A stretch of DNA of 63,705 nt, filler included, from Octopus bimaculoides (GCF_001194135.2; 7 parts of 6 records of this genome joined end to end with filler, not necessarily neighbours in it), one strand, 5' to 3'. Numbered from the whole stretch's first letter, positions 15,881 through 30,220 are shown. The notes: generated from the sequence alone by a model not told the origin. Made by a program: numbers and translations.

Positions 15881-16110
15881 GTATTTAGGCAGTGTGTTAC
15901 ATATCCCAAGGCCGCAATAATTACAGGTATAAACCTTAACTTGTAATCTGGATGGGGTAACTGCAGATTTCTCAATAGCTCAACAGCATAGATGTTCTCT
16001 TTTTCACTGATCTTCAGCTTTATGCTAACATCCGCTGGGCCGCTAATTTCCATATCAGGTCTGTTGTGCTTACATTTTATTGAGTTCTTCACTGGCATAT
16101 TCCATGTACA
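15880..16110 (-). mobile_element. R4/Dong-like non-LTR retrotransposon, restriction-like endonuclease (RLE) fragment
   Basis: WNMPVKNSIKCKHNRPD-MEISGPADVSIKLKISEKENIY..LLRNLQL..PDYKLRFIPVIIAALGYV: RPD...E...K RLE motif with an internal deletion. Confidence 0.85.
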
Positions 16111-18189
16111 TGTATAGTACATTTATGTATGGTACATGTATATATGGTACATGTATGTATAGTAATGTATGTATGTATGTATGTGTGAGTGTAAGTAAAT
16201 CTATGTATGTATGTATGTATTCATGTAAGCACGTATGGCTGTTGGCTGAGAATGTCATATTGTACAAAGAAAAGCAAGCTTGATTTACTGTTGAGCAGAG
16301 CAAAAGGTTTTCGGTTAATTTCTTACATTCTCGCTCCAGCCTTCTGATCTAGATTGCCTGACAGTTAAATAAAGACGATAGTTTCAATAGGAACGTCATT
16401 AATTTTTTATTGGCACCACGTCAGCTATTCTGATGAAGTATCAATAAAAAAAACTGCAAATTGAAATGTTAGCTTCGGGGGATAAACTACGAGCTCCTTA
16501 ATTATCATGTCGGAATTGAGTTGTGCTGGACGGACAGACGGACGGCAGCATTATAAACTAGATCTTGTATGTTCTTAGTATGTTCTTAGTACGAATACTT
16601 GCATTGTTCACTTGGACTAACTGTTCACATCTGTGTATCTTCGTGAATGAAATATAATCAATATCAGTCAGACACTATGGAGAATACAGGCGGCTCTAGA
16701 CCTCGCTAGCAAATATTTTGCCGCATGTCAACGATCATGATAATGGAGGACAAAAAATGACAAGAAAAAAATGAATGATAACTGTCGTGACAAGCAGCGG
16801 ACAGTGGAAGATTTGAATTAAAAACTACACAGAATTCTCTTTGTTGTATTTCTTCTGCATGTTCCGTCTGAGTTACTCAGACAACTCCTTCATAATCTTA
16901 CTCTCAGAGTAATAGTTTCTTTTCTTGTCATGTTCCCTGGACGATAGTGAAAGGATTGACGTCGCCGCCTTACTTCGGTTAATATATTGATTTCAAATTT
17001 TGGGACAAGGCTAGCAATTTCAGCGGAGGGTGTGGGTGTCGATTACATCGGCTCCAACTCTCAAAAGCTACTTATTCTGTTGTAGCCCAAAGGATGAAAG
17101 ACAAAGTCCATCACGGCGTAAATTGAACTCAGAACATAAAGACTGATGAAATACAAGTGTGCTAATGATCCCCCTTATTTCTGTTTTAATATATTCTTTT
17201 CTACTCAAGGTACAAGGCCCGAAATTTGGGGGAAGGGGGCCAGTCGATTACATCGATACCAGTACACAACTGGTATTTGATTTATCGACCCCGAAAGGAT
17301 GAAGGGAAAAGTTGACCTCAGTTTTAATATATTAAGGGATTCTTTTGCACAGAAGTACATTTTAGTATTGAAAATTCAGAGATCAACAGAAATGTTGCTG
17401 CTCGATATCTAGAAAACGTGAGCCTTTAGTAATTTTCAGATATAATTCCCTTGTTTAATTTCTTATATCTGTATTCATTAATTAGTGTATTTTGTAATAA
17501 ATAACACAAAAGTATTTATTCATATGAGGCTGGGTTTGAATGTTTATCGACGTCGTTTATAATAAACATATTATATAATGAAATGTGTGGGTACATTATA
17601 AGTCTGTTAATGAAAGGTTGCTTACACGTTGCAAATTAAATCTTATTGAAAATTAAATACATTATTGAAAATTAAATATTTTAATAATTCAGATAGAACA
17701 ATACGAACACATACATACAAACACAACAATATATATCCATTTATATACATAAACATACACACATATATATATTCATATGTATATACAGGAATACATACAT
17801 ATACACACACATAGACATACATGCATATATACATACATACACACACATACATACATAATTGGAGCACAAGGTTTTGTTAGTAAATGCTGAAAGGAAAATC
17901 TGCATAAACTGGGATTTTCAGAAAGAGAAATCGACCATTTCATATGTTGGAGATAGTATAGCTCTTTCACATAATCAGTTTAAATCAGTGTAAATGACAG
18001 ATATATTAGGAAATACTTTATCCATAAGATCCCTAAGAGAATGTATCATTTGATCACGTATAATTTCATGTAAAGGAAATCTTGAGTTGAATGTTAAAAT
18101 CCTATTACCAATCTTAAGAAGCTCGTATGACCAACTTATAGAATTACGCTGTTGCTTGTAAGATGAAGATTTTTCACGTCTCCAAAGGT

Positions 18190-18540
18190 ACGCATTTTTG
18201 AAGCATGCATATATGGGTACAGAACACCAAGAAAACGTTAAACACAATGAGAAACGAAAACATAAAACCGAAAACATAGAAAACAAACTTTTTCGAACAA
18301 CGAAAAAAACAAACAGAAAAACGAGACATGCAACATAAAGAGTATACCCCTTCGTCAGTTGTCCCGTTCCATCTACTCCGCGTTTCGAAGGCAAGGACAA
18401 CACGTGACTTCGTTGAAACAGTCCTTACCGCAAAGCAAATTAAATAAAATTTCGAATTGTTTGCGGAGGGTGAAAGTGCTAACAAGAACAGGACAGTGAG
18501 GACAAAGCAGTAAAAACAAACGGTAAGATTTTACTTGAAA
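18190..18540 (-). repeat. Unclassified dispersed repeat; a partial copy in the opposite orientation lies at about 44266-44425
   Basis: acaactgacgaaggg..tatactctttatgttgcatgtctcgtttt... occurs in both places. Confidence 0.75.
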
Positions 18541-18599
18541 TAATTGGACAATTTCACATGGACCAGCAATAATCAAACCATCAGGATCCTCTATGTGAT

Positions 18600-19255
18600 T
18601 CGATAGTAAAGCTTGAATATAAACAATCAGGAACCCCTTGATTTCGCTGTGCGTTATCTTAGGAAGCGCTACACGTTTCTCTGCAGTATGGTCCATAGCA
18701 TCATTAGCTATGAATCCGAAGTTTTAAAAGGACTTGGACGAACTGGTGCAGTTGTGGACTCACTTGCGAAGGGTGCTTGATGCTGCCGATATCTGTGCAG
18801 GAGGACAAAAATTCAGGTCTTCAGGTCTCTGGTTTCTCTATCCTGCTCTAAAGTTGCATAACTTGGATACTTTCCAAAGTTATACGGCACCGCCTGAAGT
18901 CATTTGGTACCACGACCCTTCGTAGGATTTTGGGTTACCGCCGGTTGGATTTTGTGTCCAACCACCGACTCTACACAGAAACTGTGAGGCCTCCTGTTAC
19001 TTGTGTGTTTCACCATGTGGCTTGATTTTCCGAGTTGGATCCTTCATATTGTGTTCTCGTCTCTGAGGATCTGGCTGCAGTGCCGATTCGTGTTGGTCAA
19101 CCACATGCCATATGGCCACGGCGGAGGACAAAGTACCTTGCAGAGACAGGGACTATGTGGGACACCGTTCTGAAGGTTGTCCGGAACGACTCAAGCACAT
19201 ACCGACAAATGATGAATGTAACGTCGCGATGCAATGGCACATACTTGCCATATCT
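18600..19255 (+). mobile_element. RTE-clade LINE 3' fragment
   Basis: KIQVFRSLV..., RRLKSFGTTTLRRILGYRRLDFVSNHRLYTET..., HHVA*FSELDP, which is the conserved RTE C-terminal pattern. Confidence 0.8.
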
Positions 19256-20493
19256 TAGGAAAGTCTTACTCCTAACTTTTGGGCATTGCCAAGTCTTTTG
19301 AGAGAAACTGTATCGAGAATATGTTAGCGTATATAATTGACTGTATCTTTTCTTTCAAGGGGTTTGTCTTGTTACACACTGAGACATTGAGTCTTCCTGA
19401 ATGTTAAGAATACTCAAGTAGATACAAGGAGTACCTCGTTGCGTCATCGCTGAAGTATCTGGAACCCGCACGTTTCGAAACTATCAAACATGTTTGACAG
19501 AAATTTGGGAAATACTAGCTGAGAAACCTTTAAGTATCGATCTATTGATCAACAAAAATAACACCATTCCACATTTTATGTCCTACAATAATTTCAAAAT
19601 TATCCTTAACATATTTCTCTTTGTACATATACATATACACACACACACACACACANNNNNNNNNNNNNNNNNNNNNNNNNNNNNNNNNNNNNNNNNNNNN
19701 NNNNNNNNNNNNNNNNNNNNNNNNNNNNNNNNNNNNNNNNNNNNNNNNNNNNNNNNNNNNNNNNNNNNNNNNNNNNNNNNNNNNNNNNNNNNNNNNNNNN
19801 NNNNNNNNNNNNNNNNNNNNNNNNNNNNNNNNNNNNNNNNNNNNNNNNNNNNNNNNNNNNNNNNNNNNNNNNNNNNNTATATAGTTTATTCTACAATTTC
19901 GGCCAATTCAAAAATCATATCCATTTTTCCTGTTCGTTTATACACTGTTCCTGCCGTATAATGTTTATTTCTTCTGTAGTCCGGTGAAAGAATATGTGAA
20001 CGTTAAAAATATACGTGATATATCTCATAAATATACCAACATTGCAAAATTAGATATTATTGTATAAAGTAAGGTACATGATGTTTTGATTATGTGTTAA
20101 TGTTCTTTCTTTCTTTCTTTCTTTGTTTTCTCGTTTTGCGTTGGTTACAGTCACAGTAGCAATAACGAACGCAAACCTTGTAAACAAACAATAAAATCAT
20201 TTCTGAAAGTTTTCATATTTGTATACAAAGAATAGAAGAAAGAAAACCGTTTCCTCGTCACGAAACACTCTCTAACAAAACTAATGTGTCAGACGAACAA
20301 TGAAGTTTCGCTGAGCAAAATGATAACATAAAAAAAAGGGAGGAAAATAAGAAGACAGAATGGTGAAACGAAAATTGTGTGCTGTGTGCGTGCTTAGTGG
20401 CCTAGCGGAACATATTCAACCGCGAAGTTCAATACAACTGCATAGTAAAGGAAATTATGAAGAGAATGAAGAAAAAGAAATAAGGACCGTGGA

Positions 20494-20539
<46 letters not shown>

Positions 20540-21766
20540 AAAGAGAAATACAGTCAGGGATTCGTTGGTTATTATGAAGAAAATTTGTTGTAACACGAAA
20601 GCAGAAAAGCACGTGCTAATTATAGACAGCATAATATTCGCCCTTTAACTGTAATATTCAGATATAGGTTTCGAGAACATGTTTGGGAAATAATTTATCT
20701 GCACACACAAAATAACACACATACCTGGCACACATACGCACGCACACACATAAACACACACATACACACCCCTCACATACAAAAAACCACACACACACAC
20801 ACACACATACACGACACACATACACATATACACACATGCACACATACACATATACACACATGCACACACACCTCTCACATACACAATACTCACTCATATA
20901 CATAACACATACGCACGCACGAAAACATACACAATATACACATACACGCACGCACAAAAAATATACACACACGCGCACACGGAAACACATACAGACACAC
21001 ATAAACACACACACACCCGTACCTAACACTCACAATCCCACACACACACGCACATCCACACATATACACACACACGCACACACCCACATACACACACACT
21101 TCTCACCAACACTACACACTCACACAGACACGCATACAATCATACACACATGGGCATAAACAACACACTCATGTTGATTTATATCGTGTTTTTTATCTGT
21201 CTTTTTATATTTATTGTTGTTGATTTTGTTGGTTTTATTTTTTGCGTGGGTGGTCTGGATTCCTTTCAGTCGGTGCGTCTAAATGACAATATTTAATATT
21301 TGGTGTTTGTTCGGATTCTCTGATACATGAAGGAATCCAACAATTGCTCTTTCCACTAATGTCATGCAATCCATGCTACTGAAAAAGTATTAACTTTTTA
21401 AAGCCAACTCTCAACTTTTCTGTTTTCAGATAAATAACAACTTCAACGTTTAACACGAGCTTATAAAGATATATGCGGAGAGGAACAAACAGGTTATACA
21501 AAAAACAAGGTAAGAGCGAAAGACGCTGTGCAATACCTATAGGGATGAATGGAAGAATTATTGTAGCATAAAAATGATTGGACCAAAGAAACACGGCATG
21601 AGACAATTGAGTAGGTTGAGAGGACGAAAGTACATTTTGGCACCGAAGGTAAATTCACACGCGTGCACGTGCGTGTACAAAAATATACATAGATAGATGC
21701 AGAGAGTGACAGAATGAGAGAGAAAGGGGAAATAGATATTACGTTTCCTCTCTTTAAACAAATATA

Positions 21767-21828
21767 ACGTAGTGGTTAAGAGAACGGGCTACTAACCTCA
21801 TGATTCCAACTTCGATTCCAGGCAGTGA

Positions 21829-21913
<85 letters not shown>

Positions 21914-22072
21914 AACATCGAAAAATACCTTAGGAATGAGAACCCAGGTTCAAAATTCCCCGAGACACCTGATGAAGGCTGGATGGTATATCAGCTGAAA
22001 CTTTGTGTTAACAACAAACTAAATGAGGACAAATTTCCGTCAATTGTAAATAATGTAAATTATGTTAAGAGG
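21767..22072 (+). mobile_element. tRNA-headed SINE with an internal (AAT)n(GAT)n tract and a hammerhead motif in its 3' half
   Basis: Box A-like cgtagtggttaag, anticodon-like ggCTACTAAcc, box B-like cttcgattcc, then microsatellite, then the hammerhead. Confidence 0.65.
21965..22008 (+). ncRNA. Minimal type I hammerhead ribozyme motif with a stem III substitution
   Basis: ACAC-CTGATGA-A-GGCTG-gatggtatat-CAGCT-GAAAC-TT-T-GTGT. Confidence 0.6.
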
Positions 22073-23190
22073 AAAATGTTCACACACTTTAACAGAGAGA
22101 GAGAGAGAGGGGAGAGACAGAGACAGAAGGAGAGACGGAAATGGTGAGAACGATGGAAACCTTAAAAGGAAGGAAGCATTAGAACGTCTGGCATCAAATA
22201 AATCAGCGTCGAATCAGAGACGCCAAATAAGCGGTGCCAAAACGATGATACCAAAACGTTTCATACAGAGAGGAATATGAGAGATACAAAAAAAAAAAAA
22301 GACAAACTTTAAGGTTTACTTGTGTCGACCATGACAACCCAGATTCCTGTTTAAGGCTCATCTCTACGGCAACTCTCAAATTCACTGGTCAGAATGGACC
22401 AGAAAGATTTCACATCTTACGATTGGTTAATCTATAGCTTACAATAAATATACTCGGAATACTTTTTGAATTACCAATATTTTGCCTTTTACTTGTCTCA
22501 GTCATTTGACTGCGGTCATGCTGGAGCACAGCCTTGGACGGTTTTAGTGGAATAAATCGTCTCTAGTTTTTATGTCTCTTTTTTTTTATGTCTAGTATTT
22601 ATTCATTAGTCGAAGAACTTAGTTACGGGGAGATAAAGACACCAACAGCGGTTGTTAAGTAGTGGAGTGGAAAGAAACACACACAACCAGAAAGAGATAC
22701 ACATACACACAAAGGCAGACATCCATATAGGAAGGGCTTCCACAAAGTTTCCGTCAACTGAATTCAAACATAAGGCGTTGGTCGGTTCGAGGCTATAGTA
22801 GAAGCCACTTACCCAAAGGATGCCATGCTATAGAGGTGAAACTGAAAACACATGGCTACAAAGCAACGGCTTAATCAAAACCAAGCAGTCCAATTTTTTT
22901 TTTTTTTTTTTTTTACACTATGATGCCATCTCCTATTTGATCAGAGTTTGAAAAACTCTCAAGCAAATCTATGGCGTTTCGCATTAAGTTTTTGTTGGCT
23001 TTGTGAAGGAAAGGTTTCTACCCTACGAAAAATCTTGTAGAAAACGTTACGTGCACCTGAACGACTCAAGAACGAGTTAAAACAACAGCAGCAACAACCA
23101 AAATAACAATAATAATAATAATAATAATAATAGTAATAATAATAATAACAACAACAATAATAATAATAACAATAACAATAATAATAATAA

Positions 23191-23264
23191 ACCACAGCAC
23201 ATACCCAAGGCACACAGAGCTGCGCTCAGTAGTGAAGTGAAAGCACGTTATAAAAATAAGACTA

Positions 23265-23324
<60 letters not shown>

Positions 23325-23325
23325 C
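23191..23325 (+). mobile_element. 3' tail fragment of a LINE/SINE ending in (AAT)n; an inverted second copy lies at about 26170-26300
   Basis: cccaaggcacacagagctgcgctcagtagtgaagtgaaagcacgttataaaaataagactactgaataataat; the reverse complement is seen at 26210-26290. Confidence 0.7.
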
Positions 23326-24339
23326 CTTTCTACTATAGGCAAAACGCCTTGAATTTGGGGTGGAATCGGTCGCACATATGCGATGTGTGTGCGACTAATA
23401 ATGCTTACAGAATACTCACTGTCTTCGTTGTTTTCTATGTTTGCACTACATATCTGAACAATGTTTTCTGTAGTTTTCATAATGATAACAAAATATTATG
23501 GAAGATGAAAGTAATAGTGTTATTTTATATAATTACATGTTTGCGTCGCTGAAAATCTTCGTTCTGTAATTACCTCTTCTTTCTTCATATAAAACGTTTC
23601 AGTCTGCGAATCTTTCTTACTTTCCTTTATATTTTCTTTTTCTTCTCCTTTTTCCCTTTTTTTTTTTTCATTTTCCTCACTTGGTATGTTTCTATTTCCA
23701 TAGCTAAGTATAATTTATTATGATATGTATGTATAAATTTCTCGAGATCTTCTCTTATTTAGTAGTCCATTGAGAATAGAGTATCTATAAAACATCATTT
23801 TCCTTAAATTTATCATTAATAACACAAAAGCCGTTTACTGTTGTTTTGTGATTATCATAAACCGCTACTCCTTATAGTATGGTTGTTTTGCTATATGTAG
23901 TATTTATTCAATTATTCTTGCAATATATAAAGAATAACGCCGTTAGTTACATGTTTCCTGTGTGTTAAACCTGGGCTCGTTGCATTTCTAGAGGTGGCAG
24001 GAACGTTAATGTACAATGAGTTTAACTCGGTATGACACACGTCATATGCAACGCTTTTTTATGCTTTTCTCCTAGTATCATTCAGCCAGACAGATATTTA
24101 CAATTATTCACTTCTCCCTAAATATGGGAAGCAGCAAATCGTGCCCGGCATGTAGCTGATTGAGTACACGCTATTGACAAAGACCATGTAGACCAAAATG
24201 CATCTGGCGTTCTCGTTAGTCGCTTCTAGGACGAATTTCGCCTCCCTCCGATATGCATATTGTGTTTTTCAACACAGCACATCCATGAGAAATATAATCT
24301 CTGGACGAATACTGCTGTTGACGAATACTGCTGTTGACG

Positions 24340-25520
24340 AATACTGCATGTTGTTTCTGTAGGTCTAACATCACATAACCCAATGTTTCCTACTACTTTT
24401 ACGAAGATAGTATAAGCCTTGAAGGAATTTAGCTGCTGTTTCTTGCTGGTTGAGTGTCTTCGCTGAGACTCCTCCATCTTTGATCCGTATACATGTCTGC
24501 GTAATCATCTTCGAAATGCCATTATACCGCACATTAAACTCTAGTTATTTACTCTAATTGTTTCCATTTATTAGAGATATTTGATCGTCATTATATAAAC
24601 CAATCCAGGCTTTGTTCGGATCTGTTTATGTATTTATTTATTTATGTTATTATAGACTACAGAGGTCTTCAATTGCTGTCTTGTTTGATATTGTAATCCC
24701 TATGAAAGTTGACGTAATATCATTGTTGAGTTTATGTAAAAGTCTCCATTCTGTCGTCTTCGAATATTTTTGTCCAGATCGATCTTGTTTTCAGTGAATG
24801 CATCTTTTGATATTTATTCATCTCTCACTGTATAGTTCTCTCGGTATAACTTTAAGAGCTTCTTTTATACACTTTGTTCGTTACAAAACGCTTCTTCCCT
24901 TTCTTACATCTACTTAGAAACGAAGCTTTTATTTTATATTCTATTAAATCTTTTGCTTTTCCTTTCCACTCGATCGTCTTGCTTTGATGTCAGACCTCCT
25001 GTTCCATTTGTTTCACTATTTGACCTGAGTTATTGACTTCATTACCATTTCCCCTCACATTTGATAAATCTCTTCAAACGTTTTTTTCTATTATTATCTT
25101 TTTACCTTCTCTATTTTCTAATAAGTTATTTTATTTCCTACGCTCTTTTCTTTCTATAGCAATTTCACTCTCAGCTGCTTGAGAATGTTCTTCGATTGCA
25201 GTTAGTGAGGTCCTTCGAGTTATTATTTTATTAACATCATCTTTGCATGTCTTTGCGTGCAAAGATCATATTTAATAACTTAACTACATATATCACTTCC
25301 AGTCAACTTTCTTTCTCTAATAACTTCAGAATTCCTGATTGCTAATGAAATCATTAACTCATTTTCACCATCATTCTCCACAACAGTGTAAAGGTTAGTC
25401 TTGTCTTTCTCAGCTAACTATTCATAATGAATGATTACTTAATCTGAGTTTTCCTTTGGCTTCTCTTCCTTAGTGTACAATGCAGATTTCTGCTTTCTTT
25501 TTACTTGCAGATTTGTCGAA
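24340..25520 (-). mobile_element. Old, multiply deleted R4-like LINE remnant
   Basis: Patchy minus-frame similarity: WENKIDLD/YSKTTEW..., EITIS..DLCSL, IPSRLILSS..LGY..DLQK. Confidence 0.4.
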
Positions 25521-25962
25521 AAACTCCCAGGCTATAATTTCGCCATAAATCACATTTTATCATATTTTCAGGCTCGTAATTAATCAAAGTGGATGTTTAA
25601 GTGTTGTCAATGTATCATACAATCTTTCTGCTGTTCATACTAGTCAAATACAGGAATCAAATTTATCGACAAAAGGCCCTCCCTCAAAATCAGTGGCCTT
25701 GGGTATAAATTATACACGATTATTTAGTGGGGTCGATTGGCAGAATGTTCAGAGAAGCATATGGTATTGCTGAATTTCTTCTAACTTTTCATGTTTCGAG
25801 ATCTATTCCCACCGGGATCAACTTTAACATTAACTTTTCCAGGGCCGATAAAAATATAGCATCAGTCAAATATTGGGAAAGACGGAAACTATTCGTCTCC
25901 CCTTAAAACTGCTGGGGAAAATTACTACTACTACTACTACTACTACTATTAATATTATTATT

Positions 25963-26173
25963 ATGGCGGGGAGTTAGCACAATCATGAGAACGCTAGGAA
26001 AATACTTAGCAGCATTTAGTCCCTCTTTCGTTCTGCGTTCAAATTCTGCTGAGGTCGACTTTGCCTTTCATCTTTTAGGGGTCAATGAAATATGTACCAT
26101 TTGAGTACTAGGGTCGATGTAATCGAATATCATCCACCCCCAAATTTTAGGCCTTGTGCCTTTAGTAAAAAGG

Positions 26174-26190
<17 letters not shown>
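25963..26190 (+). mobile_element. SINE family C. Other copies at about 620-775, 905-1030(-), 16985-17165(-), 17205-17325(-), 33935-34060(-), 41535-41665(+), 41840-41985(+)
   Basis: Recurrent gagttcaaattc.gccgaggtcgactttgcctttcatcc...gggtcgatgtaatcga...aaattt.aggccttgtgcct.tagtagaaaggattatta with an (ATT)n tail. Confidence 0.8.
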
Positions 26191-26218
<28 letters not shown>

Positions 26219-27049
26219 TAGTCTTATTTTTATGACATGTTGTCACTCCACTATCGAGCACAGTTCTGTGTGCCTTGGCTATGTGCTGTAGCATGTTGTG
26301 ATGCAGTTTGGCAAAAGTGACCGATAGAATAAGTACTAGGCTTGCAAAGAATAAGTCATGGGGTCGATTTGTTCGACTCAAGGTGGTGCCGTAGCATGGC
26401 CGCACTCAAATGACTGAAACAAGTAAAAGAATAAAAGAATGTATTTCTCCATCACCACAGATATTCGATTTATGCAAGTTTCTCTTGTTCCATTTCTATT
26501 TATACATATTTTTGAAACTTTCTATTATTTTCTTGCTCAGATTTTTCAGTTATTTATTCTGTCAATATTTAACTATTATTTGAATTTCATATTTGATTCT
26601 ACGATCAACTTTAATTCAGTTTGATGTTATCGACATCGAATATCTTTTGGAATATAGCGTATTTCAACTGAAATATAAGAGAATTAAAGTTGATTATTTC
26701 CACTGGAAGTAGGGGTATTCCAAAGATTAGTAGACGAAATGCCATAATCTAAAGAACACACACACATACATACATACCGGCAGACAGACAGACAGGCATG
26801 TATATATATATGTGTGTGTTTTATTTAATTAATCAATGGTGTTATCGACGTTCTTCAATTCTTTGCATATTTTTCCAATAAATGAAAGGAATGATTATTA
26901 TTTTATTCCTTTGAAGTAAGCGATATTAAATAATGACATAAAAATAATAATGAATCCATTTTCGTTTTTAAATATTACTTTTTCAGTTGAAACAGATGGT
27001 AGAATGACGAATGCGTGAATAAATATATTTATGTGATTAACAGTTGAAT

Positions 27050-27590
27050 GGAATTGGCTGCTATTATTCTCGAAAGATGTTTGGAAGAAGGGACTGAAAG
27101 TACTAGAAGCAGACACTCCCTTGCGGTTTGTCCCTCACCTCCCTTCTTAAAGTTCACTTGCAAACGAATGTGAGGGTAAAAAGGGAAGTGGTGTCCCCGT
27201 CCGATACCGATAAACATCTTGGAAGACGGGAATCGGTAATCTTTCCGTGAGGCCTAAAATTTCGGTGCAAATTGGTGGTAAAAAGTCCCTATGAGTACAC
27301 AGTCACACAATAAACCAGAGCTATGTCCTGTGGAGAATGCTGAGCAGCTGTTTAAAAACTCAACTTATAAAGCAGGATACCCAGCTAGTATACATGTGGC
27401 AGCTAAAGTCATTTAAAGGATCAGACATAGCACCAAAGCAAATAATGACGGTTACTGGTTCAAAGGTCGCACAATACACAATACTGGAATCACCAAAAGT
27501 CCTCGTCCTCATTTTTAGAAACTTAAAAAATTCCAAAAGTCGCCCAATCAGCCACGACTATGGCAACAACAACAACAAAAGCAGCAACAG
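27050..27590 (+). mobile_element. Possible decayed R4-like LINE 3' end with a (CAA)n tail
   Basis: EVVSPSDT, YMWQLKS and AQYTILESPKVL loosely match the RLE C-terminus. Confidence 0.3.
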
Positions 27591-28531
27591 CTAGAACAAG
27601 ACGATCAGAAAGCATCTTCTTTCAGCTGTTCTTCTCAGTCCACATATGAATAGAAAGAGACAGTGGTGGTGGTGGTGTGGTGGTGGTGTGGTGGTGGTGT
27701 GGTGGTGGTGTGGNNNNNNNNNNNNNNNNNNNNNNNNNNNNNNNNNNNNNNNNNNNNNNNNNNNNNNNNNNNNNNNNNNNNNNNNNNNNNNNNNNNNNNC
27801 TCAGTCCACATATGAATAGAAAGAGACAGTGGTGGTGGTGGTGTGGTGGTGGTAGGTAATACAGGTGATGATAGTGGTGGTGATAGTAGTGGTGGTGGTG
27901 GTAGTGATGATGGAGGTGGTGGTGATGGTGGCGGTGGGTAATGCAGGTGATGATGATGGTGGCGGTGGTCGTGGTGGGGGTAATGCAGGTGATGATGATG
28001 ATGTTGTTGTTGGTGGTGGTTCTAAATGATGATGTCGGTGGTGGTGGTCTTGGTGGTAGTTCTAACTATCAATGAACCACATTTACCGCAAAGATTAGCA
28101 TTATATTGACTAACATGATTAGTGCTTACTTTATGAAAACCAAAGGGACGAAATGTAAATTCTACTCCACCACCACCAAAACCACCACCACCATCACCAC
28201 CTCCTCCTCCCCTTCCCCTTTTCTCCCCTTTCCCCCCTCTACCCCTCCTCCTTTTCCTTCTCCTCTCCATAGATTTAAGTTCTCGCTAAAGCTGAAGGAA
28301 AAAAGATGATCGAGACCGCAAGGTATTTAGTACTCTATTGTACTATATCTACCATTCCAGCAAACCAGTGTTAATAATAGAGGCGTGTTGAAGAGTAGCA
28401 AAAGATACAAACATTCATAACAATGGCAAGGTAATTGGTCTTTGTTTAATGGATGTCTATATATGAACGTATATATTTATACATATATATAATGTATATA
28501 ATAGATATATACATGCACGTTTATATACATA

Positions 28532-28589
<58 letters not shown>

Positions 28590-28903
28590 NNNNNNNNNNG
28601 ATATATATATATATATATATGTATATACACACACACACACACACACAGACATAGCGTGCTTCTGCGTGTGTTTGTCTTCGAGAGCATGTTCTTTGTGCGT
28701 GTAAGTGAAGAACTAACTAAACAGAGCCAAGACAAGATTAATCTTTTCTCTATTTCACATTTATATTGTTATCTCAGTATTAATGCCTAAATAATACTCT
28801 TGCTTTTAATTCTATCCATATAATTCTGCTAGTATGTTAGTTAACATCATATACATCAGTACATACATACATACATACACACAGAAACACGTAAATACAT
28901 ATA

Positions 28904-28937
<34 letters not shown>

Positions 28938-29152
28938 NNNNNNNNNNNNNNNNNNNNNNNNNNNNNNNNNNNNNNNNNNNNNNNNNNNNNNNNNNNNNNN
29001 NNNNNNNNNNNNNNNNNNNNNNNNNNNNTATATATAATATATATTTATATATATATATATGTACACACATTTATATATACACACATATACACATATACAT
29101 GTGCATATATATAAATATAATAAATATATTCATTTATATTTGTCTCTCTCTC

Positions 29153-29200
<48 letters not shown>

Positions 29201-30220
29201 CAAATACACAAATATATATGAATATATTCATATATATTAGTATATATATATATACATATATACGATTATATATATGTATGTATATATGCATATATGTCTA
29301 CGTATTTACAAGTATATATGTACACATATATTATATATCATATATATATATATACACGTATATACATATATGTATATATACACACATATATTCATATACA
29401 TACGCATATATATATGCGCACGTATATATATATATATATATATATATGTCTCTATGTGTGCGTGTGATTTTATCTCAGTGTTTGCGCATGCGTGAGTGTG
29501 TATTATAGCGTTTACTGCATACGCATGTGTATTATACGATTCGTAGTACGTGTTAGATCGTTAATGTTTGAACATAATTCCTGACGTTAAGATTCTAGCG
29601 ATTATGAAAAACAAAAACAAAGAGCAAAAAAACAACAACAAAAATCTACTAGTTTCGTGTTTATGAATATAAAATACACAGAGGAAGTGGTTGGAGCCAA
29701 GATACAAAATAAGCGTGAATGTCATTTCGTAGGATAATTTTGTTAAATCTTAAGCCGTTAAGAATCTATTTACTAGATTGCTCAAGCGATATCACATTTA
29801 TATTCTCTAAAGGATTTTTTATTTTTTTTATCTTACAGTTGTCAGCTTAAAATAGTTGGACACTAATTTACCTCGTATTTTTTAACCTAAAACATTATAT
29901 ACAGGAGTCTCTGCTTTCGCTTACGTTTCCGTCTTCCTTCCTTCCTTTCTTTCTTTCATATCATTTTGTTTTTTATTTATTTGCTTCATTATTTGTTTCT
30001 TTATTTGTCTTGCCTGGCTTATAAACTATTCAAACCAGCAAGCATCCACAGTCACACACAGACATATACATACACTCTCCCCATCCACACGTACACATCA
30101 TATATGCATAAACGTGTGTGTATACGTACATATATATATATATGTAAATACATACGTTCACACACATATATATACACACATACATATATATGTATAAATG
30201 CACACACATACACACACACA

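Noticed and set aside
18345-18420. CTGACGA and GAAAC elements on the minus strand suggesting another hammerhead
   Set aside because: The order is permuted, and the available pairings (CCTTC/GAAGG, GTTGTCC/GGACAAC) consume core nucleotides; no valid stem I.
21767-21830. Functional tRNA gene
   Set aside because: No acceptor-stem pairing and a degenerate T-arm; this is a SINE head, like the other tRNA-like segments in the window.
24304-24347. Short direct repeats (16 bp x about 3 here; 10 bp x 3 at 15641-15670) as CRISPR-like arrays
   Set aside because: Contiguous tandem duplications with no spacers, in eukaryotic DNA.
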